NCBI GenBank assembly: GCA_016927375.1
Contig: JAFGMS010000157.1
Location: 1-44,499, forward strand
DNA: 44,499 bases
Source of the DNA: Anaerolineae bacterium
GTDB lineage: Bacteria > Chloroflexota > Anaerolineae > Aggregatilineales > UBA3940
Reading direction: 5' to 3'
The notes under the pieces: model-generated
The model's input: the letters and a program-made list of their open reading frames with translations, nothing else
What the model was told of the DNA's origin: nothing
Database searches by the model: none
Shown: in pieces, positions 35,506 through 44,499 of the stretch
Numbering within the stretch: the first letter of the stretch is position 1
How the letters are laid out: each line of letters opens with the position of its first letter
Made by a program: the position numbers and the translations under genes

Positions 35506-38100
35506 CTAACACTCACTATACCCACAAGCGTAACACTTGCGGCAGCCTTCCTCATTGACCACCGCCGCCTGACCACACTCGGGACACAAATCACCCTTGA
35601 AATTGACTGGCAGAAGCGGCATTTGGCCTGGCGCGGGGCCGGTCGCCTCCGCGGCATCGGTGGCATTGCCAACCATGACAGCACTGGCAGAATCAGCGGT
35701 CACAGCAGGGTGGTGTCCGGTGTCGTCAGGAATATCTCCCCTGAGATACTCATCCAACACCTGAGAAATACCGTCCGGCAAGGAGCGAACACGGTTCGGT
35801 CCCAGCCCCAGTGATCGCCCTCCCCCAATGCCGTCCAATTGGCGCACCACTTCGCGCAGACGCTTCCGAGGCTCAATAGGCGAATTCATCCGCAAGATGT
35901 AGCTGATAAGACGCCCCATGGCCTCGCTGACAGCAGCTGTATCACTGCCGGCCTTAGATGTGTGCATGAACAGCTCGAAGGGCTGGTCGCCACCATTTTC
36001 ATTGACGGTGACAAATGTCGTACCTGAAGGAGTCTCGACCCGATATGTATAGCCTTTCAGCACCCGGGCACGAGGTCTTTTGACCTCGTCCTTGAATAAG
36101 GGCAAAGGCTCAGGAGTGGGAACCTCGGCGGTAGAGGTAGGTGCAGACTCAGCGGCCTGCAAATCGATCGTCTTTAACTTCTCCTGCTTAGACTGTGCTG
36201 TTGCCTGTGTTTCCAAGACGACTTTCTCGCGCGAGCCCGCCACATAGACTGTCAGCCCTTTACAGCCGAGTTCCCAGGCCAGCATATACGCCTTTGCCAC
36301 ATCTTTTTCGGTGGCAGTAGGAGGAAAATTGCAGGTTTTGGAAATAGCATTAGAGACAAAACGCTGCATAGCAGCCTGCATGCGGACATGTTCTTCAGCA
36401 GTAATATCCGAGGCAACCACAAAGACCCGGCGAACAGAGTCGGGCAGCCCAGTTGCTTCCTGACACGAACCACTGAGATTGACCTGCTCGATGATGTGCT
36501 GGCGCTGCTCTTCGCTCAAGCCGGCTTCAATGAGTGCCTTCTCGAACAAAGGGCTGGTGTACTGCAGTTGGACATCCTTGCCATTATCGTTAAAGTGTCG
36601 CACGTAAGCCAGCGCAAAAACGGGTTCGCATCCATAACCCTCACAGCCCGCAACCGTCGAGATAGTGCCGGTTGGCGCAATAGTAGTTTGCGCGCCATTG
36701 CGAATACCATTCTTCTTGAGCCCCTTGACAAGGGCCTCCCAATCCGGCTCCGGACGGCCCCAATCGTGACTGTAAGATACGAGAGACTGCGGCGGCTGCC
36801 ACTTGATATCTTTCGGATCGAAAATACTGCCTTGTATTCCCGGAAACGGGCCACGCTGCTCGGCAAGCTCGATGCTGGTTTTCATGACGTGGTAATGAAC
36901 AAACTCCATTACCTGGCTGGCAAATTCCTGCCCTTCCGGGCTGCCATACCGGACCCCAAGGTGATACATCAAATCAGCCAGCCCCATGATGCCCAAGCCG
37001 ATGCGCCTCACGCGTTTGGCAGCCGACTCCAACTCGGGCACAGCCGGAACATAAGCATTGGCATCGACCACATCATCCAGGAAACGGGTCGACAGCTCAA
37101 CGCTCTCACGCAGAGATTCCCAATCCACCTTACCTTCAGATGTAACATGCCGGGCCAGGTTGATCGAGCCAAGACAGCAGTTTTCAAAAGGACCCAAGAA
37201 CTGCTCGCCGCAGGGATTGGTCGATTCCAGGGTGTACAAATTCGGCACCGGGTTGTCTCGGTTAGCCGTATCGAGGAACAACAGGCCGGGCTCACCATTA
37301 TGATGAGCCTGCCTGACAATCATATCGAAAATCTCCCGCGCCCGGACGGTCTCCCACGTCTGGCCATCCTGTGGGTTGACCAGCTCGAATTCCTCGTCAT
37401 CACGAACAGCCTGCATGAAAGCATCGGTCATACCAACAGAGATGTTGAAATTGGTAATCTGGTTCTCACCAGTCTTGCAAGTGATAAAATCACGGATATC
37501 CGGGTGGTCGACACGCAGCACGCCCATGTTAGCGCCACGCCTTGAGCCGCCTTGCGACACCTCCCCAAAGGCCTGGTCGTACACGCGCAAGAAGCCTATC
37601 GGGCCGGTAGCAACACCCCCGCTGCTCTTGACAATAGCACCCTTCGGACGCAGCCGGCTGAAGGCAAAACCGTTGCCGCCACCCGTCTGCTGGATCAGCG
37701 CAGCGTTACGCAGAGTCTGGAAAATGCCGGCCTCATTGCGCCCCATGTCATCATCGATAGGAAGCACAAAACAGGCCGCGAGCTGGCCGAGAGGCGTTCC
37801 GGCGCCCGTAAAGGTTGGTGAATTGGGAAAGAATTTCTTGGAAGTCAATAAATCATAATATTGCTCGGCAACAACTTGTCGATCCTGTCCGTGCTCATCC
37901 TCCGGCTCGGCTACATTCCAGGCGACACGCCAGAACATCTCCTCGATGGTCTCAGTAGGCTGGCCGTCTGTTCCCCGCCGCAAGTATCGTTTGGACAAAA
38001 CCGTCCGGGCATTATCGCTCAGCTCAATTGTCTGGGCTGGCGGCATAACACCACGCCCGTTGGCAGTTGTTTTGACATCTTTCCCAATTTTGGCAACCAT
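35506..38100 (-). CDS. nrdJ: adenosylcobalamin-dependent (class II) ribonucleotide reductase with C-terminal zinc-ribbon tail
   Basis: RNR core motifs [23 protein letters not shown] and NPCGEQ (active-site Cys). C-terminus CPECG...[16 protein letters not shown] upstream. Confidence 0.92.
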   Translation of the reverse strand: MVAKIGKDVKTTANGRGVMPPAQTIELSDNARTVLSKRYLRRGTDGQPTETIEEMFWRVAWNVAEPEDEHGQDRQVVAEQYYDLLTSKKFFPNSPTFTGAGTPLGQLAACFVLPIDDDMGRNEAGIFQTLRNAALIQQTGGGNGFAFSRLRPKGAIVKSSGGVATGPIGFLRVYDQAFGEVSQGGSRRGANMGVLRVDHPDIRDFITCKTGENQITNFNISVGMTDAFMQAVRDDEEFELVNPQDGQTWETVRAREIFDMIVRQAHHNGEPGLLFLDTANRDNPVPNLYTLESTNPCGEQFLGPFENCCLGSINLARHVTSEGKVDWESLRESVELSTRFLDDVVDANAYVPAVPELESAAKRVRRIGLGIMGLADLMYHLGVRYGSPEGQEFASQVMEFVHYHVMKTSIELAEQRGPFPGIQGSIFDPKDIKWQPPQSLVSYSHDWGRPEPDWEALVKGLKKNGIRNGAQTTIAPTGTISTVAGCEGYGCEPVFALAYVRHFNDNGKDVQLQYTSPLFEKALIEAGLSEEQRQHIIEQVNLSGSCQEATGLPDSVRRVFVVASDITAEEHVRMQAAMQRFVSNAISKTCNFPPTATEKDVAKAYMLAWELGCKGLTVYVAGSREKVVLETQATAQSKQEKLKTIDLQAAESAPTSTAEVPTPEPLPLFKDEVKRPRARVLKGYTYRVETPSGTTFVTVNENGGDQPFELFMHTSKAGSDTAAVSEAMGRLISYILRMNSPIEPRKRLREVVRQLDGIGGGRSLGLGPNRVRSLPDGISQVLDEYLRGDIPDDTGHHPAVTADSASAVMVGNATDAAEATGPAPGQMPLLPVNFKGDLCPECGQAAVVNEEGCRKCYACGYSEC

Positions 38101-38185
38101 ATTCTCATCCTCAGGTGCTTTGCGAGGCAGAACCTCGCGTCGTGTTGTTTTTGATAACGCTCAGCTATATTCACCTGAACCCCGG

Positions 38186-38641
38186 TCAAGCCAACAGACG
38201 ATCAATCTCACACCGTACCGATACCAGATCTTCGAGGTTCAAAAAGACCATGGCATACCGAAGGCAAGCAACCTCGTCCAGATCGCGCAAACCATCAATC
38301 ACCCTCTGACCAATAATCTGGCTGGATACCTCAGCAGAACTATCCTCCTCAAGATATGCCTCGATCCCCCCAACCAACCGATCAATTGCTGCTTGCGAAA
38401 TCGGACGCTTGGCACAGGCCAGCTCAATCCCTTGTTTGAGTTTGTCTCGATCAAATGGCTCACGCCGGGCAGGGGTCCCATCCTTGACAACTAACGGCAG
38501 CTCTACCCGTATTCGCTCAATGGTAGTAAAGCGATATCCACAGTTTTGGCATTGCCGTCGGCGGCGGACCTCTCCCCTGGCAGAATGAGTCGTCGTATCA
38601 ACGACACGAGTGACTCCCGTACCGCAACAAGTGCAACGCAT
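38186..38641 (-). CDS. nrdR: transcriptional repressor NrdR
   Basis: MRCTCCG...CQNCGYRFTTIE zinc ribbon plus an ATP-cone (REPFDRDKL...). Start at the internal ATG 38641 of the tracked ORF. Confidence 0.92.
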   Translation of the reverse strand: MRCTCCGTGVTRVVDTTTHSARGEVRRRRQCQNCGYRFTTIERIRVELPLVVKDGTPARREPFDRDKLKQGIELACAKRPISQAAIDRLVGGIEAYLEEDSSAEVSSQIIGQRVIDGLRDLDEVACLRYAMVFLNLEDLVSVRCEIDRLLA

Positions 38642-39466
38642 CTTACTTCCTAGATTGCTAGAATTTGTTTTGCCCCGTTGTATGACATAGTGTATTGCAG
38701 TTGTACCCAACCATCGCTATACCGCAAAAACACTTAGCACATATGGGCGAGGAGGTAGCTTTCCACATAATAGCACGTGGCTAGTGCCGTCGCAACCAAG
38801 GCCATACATAGAAACCTTAAAAACTTCGGGGAGCTGGAAAGTTTTAAGGTTTCGATCAGCCGCTCACGGTTGATGATCGATAGAGTACATTCCCAAAATA
38901 TGACAAAAGACCTCACAGGTTTGTCAAAATGCAATGGTTAACCGATTGCTACTTGGATAAGTAAGCTGAACAGCCTGACAGCTCACTAAACCGGTGAAGT
39001 CTGGTGCTTCCTTATCGGGATGCCACAAAACGGGAGTGCGTCCATGGGTAGTCTTCTCAAGACAAAAACTCATGTTATCTACAAACGTGGTATCATCAAT
39101 AGGGTATGGGCTCATACAACGTATGTTATGGCAGTCAACCGACATCCAGTCTCCTGGCGATAAAAGTGTGGATCAACGCGAGAAAGTGGGGTTAGCCTCA
39201 AAATCCAAAGGTTTTTTCGACATTGAAGAGCGGTCATTTCGGTCGAAAGTGTGTCCTCATTGGAACACGATACTTCCCAAAAGAAACCTTTAGGGTCTTC
39301 CCATGAACGCTTTTCCCCGCTATTCCGCGTAGACCCATAAGTGTTAACTTAAGCCTTGCATGGTCCTACGCCATTACTGTCCATTCGCTGAAGTTTTTCT
39401 GAGTTTTGCGAATTCCTATGTGGCAACCTGGACCGATTTGAAGCCAAAAGTTCAAGAGAGCCTATT

Positions 39467-39491
39467 GTCATTCCCGCGAAAGCGGGAATCC
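39467..39491. repeat. REP-like hairpin GTCATTCCCGCGAAAGCGGGAATCC
   Basis: 7-bp stem TTCCCGC/GCGGGAA with a GAAA loop. A degenerate second copy lies at 41453-41475. Produces the spurious peptide SFPRKRESI. Confidence 0.75.
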
Positions 39492-39556
39492 ATAAGCACA
39501 GGAATGAAAGAACTGGCCCATTATAGGGAAACCCTTGTCTACTTTCCACACACAAG

Positions 39557-39611
39557 AGATCGAAAAAGTCATTCTATTTTCAGCGAATAGGCAGCATAGA
39601 CTTTTCGATCT
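39557..39611. repeat. 13-bp inverted repeat with 28-nt loop
   Basis: AGATCGAAAAAGTC (39557-39570) pairs with GACTTTTCGATCT (39599-39611), one bulged A, followed by TTATTGTT. Confidence 0.6.
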
Positions 39612-39784
39612 TTATTGTTATGCGTGCAATCTGTGAAATCTATAGTTCGAGTTTCCTTCACCGATTGGGGCCTTTTCTTCTCTTTGTTGACGCTTAGGTA
39701 ACACGCGAGGATAGCGTGGTTGATCGTTGAGCAGCGCTGAACCTCACCCCCTGCAACGGTGGCTGATAGCCACGTCGGCGACGT

Positions 39785-39812
39785 CCCCCTCTCCGCCCGG
39801 CGGCAGAGGGGG
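39785..39812. repeat. GC-rich REP-like hairpin
   Basis: CCCCCTCTCCGCC CG GGCGGCAGAGGGGG with one bulge. Produces the spurious peptide PLSPPGGRGG. Confidence 0.75.
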
Positions 39813-39836
39813 TGCAACGCGGGTTCTCTATGCCGT

Positions 39837-39887
39837 AAATCGCTTGGGTGCTGGGCGATTAAACATCAAATCGCTTGGGTGCTGGGC
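39837..39887 (+). repeat. 20-nt perfect direct repeat, two copies 31 nt apart
   Basis: AAATCGCTTGGGTGCTGGGC at 39837-39856 and 39868-39887. Confidence 0.9.
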
Positions 39888-39890
39888 TTT

Positions 39891-39960
39891 AGTTTACAGT
39901 TCACAGTCAAAAGCTAACAGCTAAAAGCTAACAGCTGAGAGCTGAGAACTGAGCAGTTAC
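39891..39960. repeat. heptamer tandem array, 10 units
   Basis: AGTTTAC AGTTCAC AGTCAAA AGCTAAC AGCTAAA AGCTAAC AGCTGAG AGCTGAG AACTGAG CAGTTAC. Confidence 0.85.
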
Positions 39961-40007
39961 TCCAATTATATGATTGGATAATCCAAACCAAACACACCGA
40001 GGGAATA

Positions 40008-40472
40008 ATGCCAATCAAAGTCACATTTGTATGTCTGGGTAACATCTGCCGATCACCAATGGCTGAAGCAGTCTTCAAGCACAAAATCAAACAGTCAGGA
40101 CTGGAGAGACAGATCGAGGTTGATTCGTGCGGTACCGGCAGCTGGCATGTGGGCGAAGAAGCGCATCCTGGCACACAGCGCATCTTGCAGCAGCATAGCA
40201 TTCCCTACGAGCATACTGCCCGCAGATTATCCCAGGTAGATCTCTCAGAAGCTAACTACCTGATCGCCATGGACAAACAAAATATCAAGGACATCCTCCG
40301 CTCCGGCCCAACCCGGGCAGAGGTTGGTCTCTTGTTGGACTATGCGCCTGAGCTGGGCATCCATGAAGTCCCCGACCCTTATTACAACAACCGATTTGAG
40401 GAAGTCTACCAACTGGTCAATGCCGGCTGCGACGGTTTGCTGGCGCACATCCGCAAGAAGGAGGGGATATGA
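40008..40472 (+). CDS. low-molecular-weight protein-tyrosine phosphatase
   Basis: Active-site CLGNICRSP (C-X5-R-S) at the N-terminus and a DPYY general-acid loop. 154 aa. Confidence 0.9.
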   Translation: MPIKVTFVCLGNICRSPMAEAVFKHKIKQSGLERQIEVDSCGTGSWHVGEEAHPGTQRILQQHSIPYEHTARRLSQVDLSEANYLIAMDKQNIKDILRSGPTRAEVGLLLDYAPELGIHEVPDPYYNNRFEEVYQLVNAGCDGLLAHIRKKEGI

Positions 40473-41368
40473 GTCTGCCACGCCCTTTGACTGAAGCCAT
40501 CCGCACAACACTGCAAGAGAATGGCGACAACAGCCCTTTGGTCAGAACCGTGCCTATTGGCGGCGGAGATATCAACCTCGCTGCCCACATCCTTACCCAG
40601 AAACAAGCCTATTTCGTCAAATGGCATAACTCACCACCCAAAGGCTTTTTCGAGGGTGAGGCGCGCGGCCTGACCCTCCTGGCTGAAGCAGGCTGTGTGC
40701 GCGTTCCCGAAGTTATTGGTTGGGGCTGTATCCCTGATTCGGTAACTTGCTTTCTGATACTCGAATGGATCGAGCGCACAGGGAAAAGCGAGGAATGTGC
40801 CGAGGAATTGGGCCGCAACCTTGCCCGCCAGCACCTTATCAAACAAGAAGACTATGGTTTGGATCATGATAATTTCATCGGCAGACTGCCTCAACCCAAC
40901 CGGCTCAGCACCTCCTGGCTTGATTTCTATCGGACGCAGCGGCTCGGAGTCCAACGAGATCTGGCTATGCAGCAGGGGCGTCTCCCTGCTCAACGTGCGC
41001 ATTTACTTGATCGCCTGATCGAGACACTGGACGAGTGGATCGATGAAGATGCCTGCCAACCATCGCTGCTGCATGGTGATTTATGGGGTGGTAACTGGAT
41101 GGCCACTACCAGCGGCGAACCGGTAATCTTCGACCCCGCAGTATATATCGGCTGCCGTGAAGCCGATCTGGCCATGACGACTCTGTTTGGCGGTTTTCCG
41201 CAGACCTTCTACGATGCCTATAGCGAGGTATTTGCCTTCCATTCCGGCTATGAAGAGCGCCAGCAGCTCTACCAGCTTTATTATTTGCTCTGTCACCTCA
41301 ACCTGTTTGGTGAAGGGTATGGCGAATCGGTGGACAATATCCTCCGGCGCTACGTCTGCACCTGGTGA
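40469..41368 (+). CDS. fructosamine/ketosamine-3-kinase family protein
   Basis: LLHGDLWGGNW catalytic motif and the GGGDIN nucleotide loop. 299 aa. ATGA overlap with the phosphatase gene. Confidence 0.88.
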   Translation: MSLPRPLTEAIRTTLQENGDNSPLVRTVPIGGGDINLAAHILTQKQAYFVKWHNSPPKGFFEGEARGLTLLAEAGCVRVPEVIGWGCIPDSVTCFLILEWIERTGKSEECAEELGRNLARQHLIKQEDYGLDHDNFIGRLPQPNRLSTSWLDFYRTQRLGVQRDLAMQQGRLPAQRAHLLDRLIETLDEWIDEDACQPSLLHGDLWGGNWMATTSGEPVIFDPAVYIGCREADLAMTTLFGGFPQTFYDAYSEVFAFHSGYEERQQLYQLYYLLCHLNLFGEGYGESVDNILRRYVCTW

Positions 41369-41452
41369 TGCTCTCTCGAAACCAGGCAAGTCTTTGAGTG
41401 ATTGGTAATCAAAACCGAATCGTTGTGACGATTCACCACCTGCGCCAACGCT

Positions 41453-41475
41453 GTCATTCCCGCCAATGCGGAAAT
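41453..41475. repeat. degenerate copy of the GTCATTCCCGC hairpin element
   Basis: GTCATTCCCGCCAATGCGGAAAT shares its first 11 nt with 39467-39477. Stem weakened. Confidence 0.35.
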
Positions 41476-41676
41476 TCGCACGCTACAATCACGCCTCTCC
41501 TTTCTCTGATCGCGACGACTGGCCTCTGATGCCAGGACCTACTGCCGCCTGACATGTTTTGCATTACATCTGCATCCCCCCTACCCTTTTCCTCCACACA
41601 AGTTGCGGTAAAATTCTGTGATATTCAGAGGACGCGCCCAGCGATATTGGGCGTGGCTATACATATTGTCTCCTGA

Positions 41677-43125
41677 TTGCCGAATACCGATCTCTACCCC
41701 ACCCAACACCAAGGATGCTCTTTGGACGTCAAATCGCTCAACCAGGCACTCAAACACATCGAGCAGCTCATCACCCACGAAGCTGAATGGCTGACTGATT
41801 CAAATGAGCGCGAAGTCGAATTTCACCGTCGACTAGAGCGCACCCGCCTCTTGATGACCCACCTGGGTGACCCCCAAAGCACATTCGACAAGATCCATAT
41901 CAGCGGCACATCAGGCAAGGGCTCGATTGCCATGATCTGCGAGTCGATACTGCTTGCAATGGGATTGCAAGTCGGCACACACACCTCTCCTTATCTGCAA
42001 ACCCCGCTGGAGAAAGTCCGCATCAATGGCCGGCTCATGCAGCCACGGCAGGCCATCGACCTCACAGACACAGTAATGGATGCGGTAGAGCAGGTGCGCA
42101 TCAAAGAGGAAAGGCTGGGGGCCCCTCACTACGCCGAGGCATGGCTGGGCCTGGCCATGACCCACTTCGCCCGGCAGCGCTGCCGGATAGGATTGATCGA
42201 AGTGGGCATGGGCGGCCGCTACGACAGCACCAACATCATCACCCCTAATGTAAGTGTTATCAGCACCATACATTACGATCACACACGCGTGCTGGGCGAG
42301 ACACTTGAAGCAATCGCCTTCCACAAATCGGGCATCATTAAACCCGGTATACCTGCAATAGTTGGAGAAATTCCTCCCGAGGCGCTGCAAGTGGTCGAGG
42401 CCGAAGCCGCCCGGCAGAATGCAAGCCTGCTCCGTTTAGGAAGAGAAATCCACTATCAGACCATCGATGTCTCCCAACACGGCGGGCAGTTTTCTTACCA
42501 GGGATTAAGGCTATCCTTGAATGACCTCGAGATCGGTCTATTAGGCGCGCATCAATTTGCCAATGCAGCACTGGCCCTGGCCGCCCTGGAGCTCTACGCT
42601 GATGAACGCGGCATTATGCTCCAGGAACAGGCTGTCCGGGAAGGACTGGCACGGGTGCGTTTCGCCGGACGGCTGGAGGTCACCCAGCACCAACCAATGG
42701 TGGTATTAGATGGCGCACACAACGAGGAGAAAATGAGTGCCCTGATCACCGCTCTATCAGAAGTGTTCCATTATAAACGGTCCATCCTGGTGTTGGGGAT
42801 GCTGGAAACCAAAAACGCCATGCCGATTCTCCGCCGTCTGGCAGAGCTGGCCGATTCCATCGTCGCCACCGAGCCCAGCGTCAAGGGTAAGCCGGCCATC
42901 CCGGCCGAACAACTGGGACAAATGGCGCGCGAGGCCGGAGCACCAACGGTGCTCGAAGTAAAAGACCCTCTGGATGCACTAAAGCAAGCCCTGGACACCG
43001 CCGGGCCTGATGACCTGGTCATCGTAACCGGCTCCCTGTACTTGATTGGGCAGGTACGCCCCTACTGGTATGCAGCGGAAGACATAATCGAGCAGCAAAC
43101 CATGTTTCCCCTCCGCCAAAAGTAA
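41677..43125 (+). CDS. folC: folylpolyglutamate synthase/dihydrofolate synthase (Mur ligase family)
   Basis: P-loop HISGTSGKGS, Mur-ligase middle motifs (EVGMGGRYDSTN, HKSGIIKPG) and a C-terminal DGAHN. TTG start from the track is uncertain. Confidence 0.85.
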   Translation: MPNTDLYPTQHQGCSLDVKSLNQALKHIEQLITHEAEWLTDSNEREVEFHRRLERTRLLMTHLGDPQSTFDKIHISGTSGKGSIAMICESILLAMGLQVGTHTSPYLQTPLEKVRINGRLMQPRQAIDLTDTVMDAVEQVRIKEERLGAPHYAEAWLGLAMTHFARQRCRIGLIEVGMGGRYDSTNIITPNVSVISTIHYDHTRVLGETLEAIAFHKSGIIKPGIPAIVGEIPPEALQVVEAEAARQNASLLRLGREIHYQTIDVSQHGGQFSYQGLRLSLNDLEIGLLGAHQFANAALALAALELYADERGIMLQEQAVREGLARVRFAGRLEVTQHQPMVVLDGAHNEEKMSALITALSEVFHYKRSILVLGMLETKNAMPILRRLAELADSIVATEPSVKGKPAIPAEQLGQMAREAGAPTVLEVKDPLDALKQALDTAGPDDLVIVTGSLYLIGQVRPYWYAAEDIIEQQTMFPLRQK

Positions 43126-43246
43126 CAGATAGCCCTCCTTTTCAAGGATAAGCTGACCGGCAACTCGCAGCAGCGAGAGATAGGTTCGAAGCCGCATCAG
43201 GTCCTGTCCATAGCATGGCAGCCTCCCATCCTCCTCACATCCTCCT

Positions 43247-43301
43247 TGTATCTTCCTTATATCCTTCCTATATCCTCCCTATATCCTCACCATATAGTCC
43301 A
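43247..43301 (+). repeat. 11-nt phased tandem repeats (five units, three with identical TATATCCT core)
   Basis: TGTATCTTCCT TATATCCTTCC TATATCCTCCC TATATCCTCAC CATATAGTCCA. Confidence 0.8.
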
Positions 43302-43518
43302 TCCGTCATGAACAAGTCGGTAGCAGCGGCCGATGCTTCTGAGCTACCAATACCAGGATGCAAAACTCAGATTGATACCCATAAACCAACAACTATTAGC
43401 CATACGCCATCAGCTATACCGGCCAGCACCAAAACAAAACCTCTGCTACAATGAAGCTGAACTTATCACAACATCACTGGACTTTCACCTTTTTTCGCGA
43501 TCAGGCTATTTCTCACAA

Positions 43519-43580
43519 CAGAGAGCGCAAAGATCGCGGAGGAAATCGAGAAAAAAACTCTGCGAGCTCGGCGCTCTCTG
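43519..43580. repeat. long imperfect hairpin (REP-like)
   Basis: CAGAGAGCGC (43519-43528) pairs with GCGCTCTCTG (43571-43580), with inner partial pairing CGCGGAG/CTCTGCG. Produces the spurious peptide SASSALSAV. Confidence 0.7.
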
Positions 43581-43627
43581 CGGTGAATCTATGGGCACAT
43601 CCAAAAAAGGCGAAACTACAGAACATC

Positions 43628-44499
43628 ATGCAGAGGCTCCTTATGACCCCGCAAGCTGGTTGGGCCCGTTACGGCAACAGCAAAAGTTACCAGACTGGTG
43701 AATACATCTTTGAGGAAGGCGATCCCGCCGATCACGTCTACGTGATCAGCTCCGGCCGCGTGGCGATCACCAAGAACACCCATACCGATGATCAACTCGT
43801 GCTGGGCTACGTCGGGCCGGGAGAGATGCTGGGTGAGGTCGGCATGTGGACCAATGAGCGGCGGACAGCCTCAGCGATGGCAGCTGAGCCCCTTGAGCTG
43901 CTGGCAATCCCGCGCGAAGATTTCTGGCGTCTCTTCGATGAAGACTGGGCCTTCCGCCACCTGATAACCAATGAGATGGTCAGGCACATTCTGGCCGCAG
44001 ATCAGAGCCGCCTGGCTGCCGCAGCCACAGAGCGAGCACTCTCCTCACTGATCGAGATGCGGCAGGCAACTACACATTTCATCGTCCATGACCTGCAAAA
44101 CCCGCTGAGCCTGATCATGTTTGCCCTCTCCATGATCGAAGGCGACCCTACATACGATCCGAGCAGCGAAATAGCCGAGAATATTGGCAGCGCTAAGAGG
44201 AGCGCAGATCGCATGCTAACTCTGGTCCAATCACTGCTCGATACCGAGCGGCTCAACAGCGGTTCGTATACGCTGGACCTTTCCCCTGTAGATGTGGTCG
44301 CTCTGATCGAGGAGGTCATATCGCGCAACCAGCCCACCGCGCAGCAAAAGAGCATCGCGCTGACCATGGAGCAGCCTGCCGCCCCTGTGCCTTTTGTCAA
44401 AGCCGATCGGCTGCGGATTGACCGGGTCCTGACCAACCTGGTGGACAACGCTCTAAAATTCACGCCCCCCGAAGGGCGCATATGGTTCGACATCAGCCC
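43628..44499 (+). CDS. cyclic-nucleotide-binding domain sensor histidine kinase (3' end beyond window)
   Basis: Hand translation, because the ORF is open at the window end. GEYIFEEGDPADHVYVISSGRVAI...GEMLGE...RRTASA (cNMP-binding), then HisKA FIVHDLQNPLS (H-box), then the start of the HATPase N-box LTNLVDNALKFTP. Confidence 0.85.
   Translation, partial: MQRLLMTPQAGWARYGNSKSYQTGEYIFEEGDPADHVYVISSGRVAITKNTHTDDQLVLGYVGPGEMLGEVGMWTNERRTASAMAAEPLELLAIPREDFWRLFDEDWAFRHLITNEMVRHILAADQSRLAAAATERALSSLIEMRQATTHFIVHDLQNPLSLIMFALSMIEGDPTYDPSSEIAENIGSAKRSADRMLTLVQSLLDTERLNSGSYTLDLSPVDVVALIEEVISRNQPTAQQKSIALTMEQPAAPVPFVKADRLRIDRVLTNLVDNALKFTPPEGRIWFDIS

Noticed and set aside
36388-37545. 385-aa ORF on the + strand
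   Set aside because: Antisense to nrdJ, whose frame carries unmistakable RNR motifs. No motif or start context supports the antisense frame.
38101-38760. NrdR boxes upstream of nrdJ and nrdR
   Set aside because: I looked for paired 16-nt palindromes of the acaCwAtATaTwGtgt type. Only weak half-matches were seen (CAGCTATATTCACC near 38161-38174, ACATAGTGTAT near 38685). I cannot call them by eye; a position-weight-matrix scan is needed.
39360-39924. Tracked ORFs 39360-39590, 39569-39817 and 39727-39924
   Set aside because: Their translations (SFPRKRESI, PLSPPGGRGG, and heptamer-encoded SSQSKANS) are read-throughs of palindromic and tandem repeats. No RBS or protein-like composition.
43215-43701. 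Tracked ORFs 43215-43454 and 43333-43701 upstream of the histidine kinase
   Set aside because: The first is a translation of the pyrimidine-rich 11-nt repeats (SSLYPSYILPISSPYSP). The second spans the long hairpin and overlaps the real kinase frame out of phase.
1-44499. tRNA, rRNA, tmRNA, RNase P, SRP RNA, riboswitches (B12, THF, TPP), transposases and integrases
   Set aside because: I scanned the intergenic regions by eye for cloverleaf-type stems and well-known conserved cores and found none. This is a weak negative. An Infernal/tRNAscan run is required to be sure.

Overview
This 44.5-kb window is from a moderately GC-rich bacterial chromosome. The gene families, frequent TTG/GTG starts and palindromic repeat types look Chloroflexota-like, but that taxonomic call is inference only. 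I support 38 protein genes and one decayed pseudogene. I recognised no rRNA, tRNA, CRISPR array, transposase or integrase.

The core (8.3-32.5 kb) is a ~24-kb array of 20 genes, all on the minus strand. In transcription order: FHA protein, Ser/Thr kinase, 811-aa envelope protein, ABC ATPase, two ABC-2-like permeases split by a low-GC GT-C-like membrane gene, low-complexity membrane protein, MoxR AAA+ ATPase, an untracked 46-aa TM peptide, DUF58, [GxxExxY cassette], [panD], BatA-like vWA protein, [yjbQ], 957-aa double-vWA protein, L7/L12-CTD mini-protein, methyltransferase, DUF2233, class IV aminotransferase.

The flanks carry housekeeping genes (rpsT, ADP-forming acetyl-CoA synthetase, nrdJ-nrdR, folC, LMW-PTP, fructosamine kinase) and signalling genes (two response regulators, one a pseudo-receiver, and a cNMP-binding histidine kinase).

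The most unusual content is non-coding:
- a four-copy CTAG-bounded two-hairpin element with compensatory stem changes;
- a GxxExxY gene bracketed by ~22-nt inverted repeats;
- a 22-nt phased tandem array running into the DUF58 start codon;
- heptamer (STRR-like) arrays;
- 11-nt tandem repeats;
- several REP-like palindromes;
- a 1.3-kb gene-poor repeat dump.

All functional calls rest on motifs read by eye. No database search was possible.
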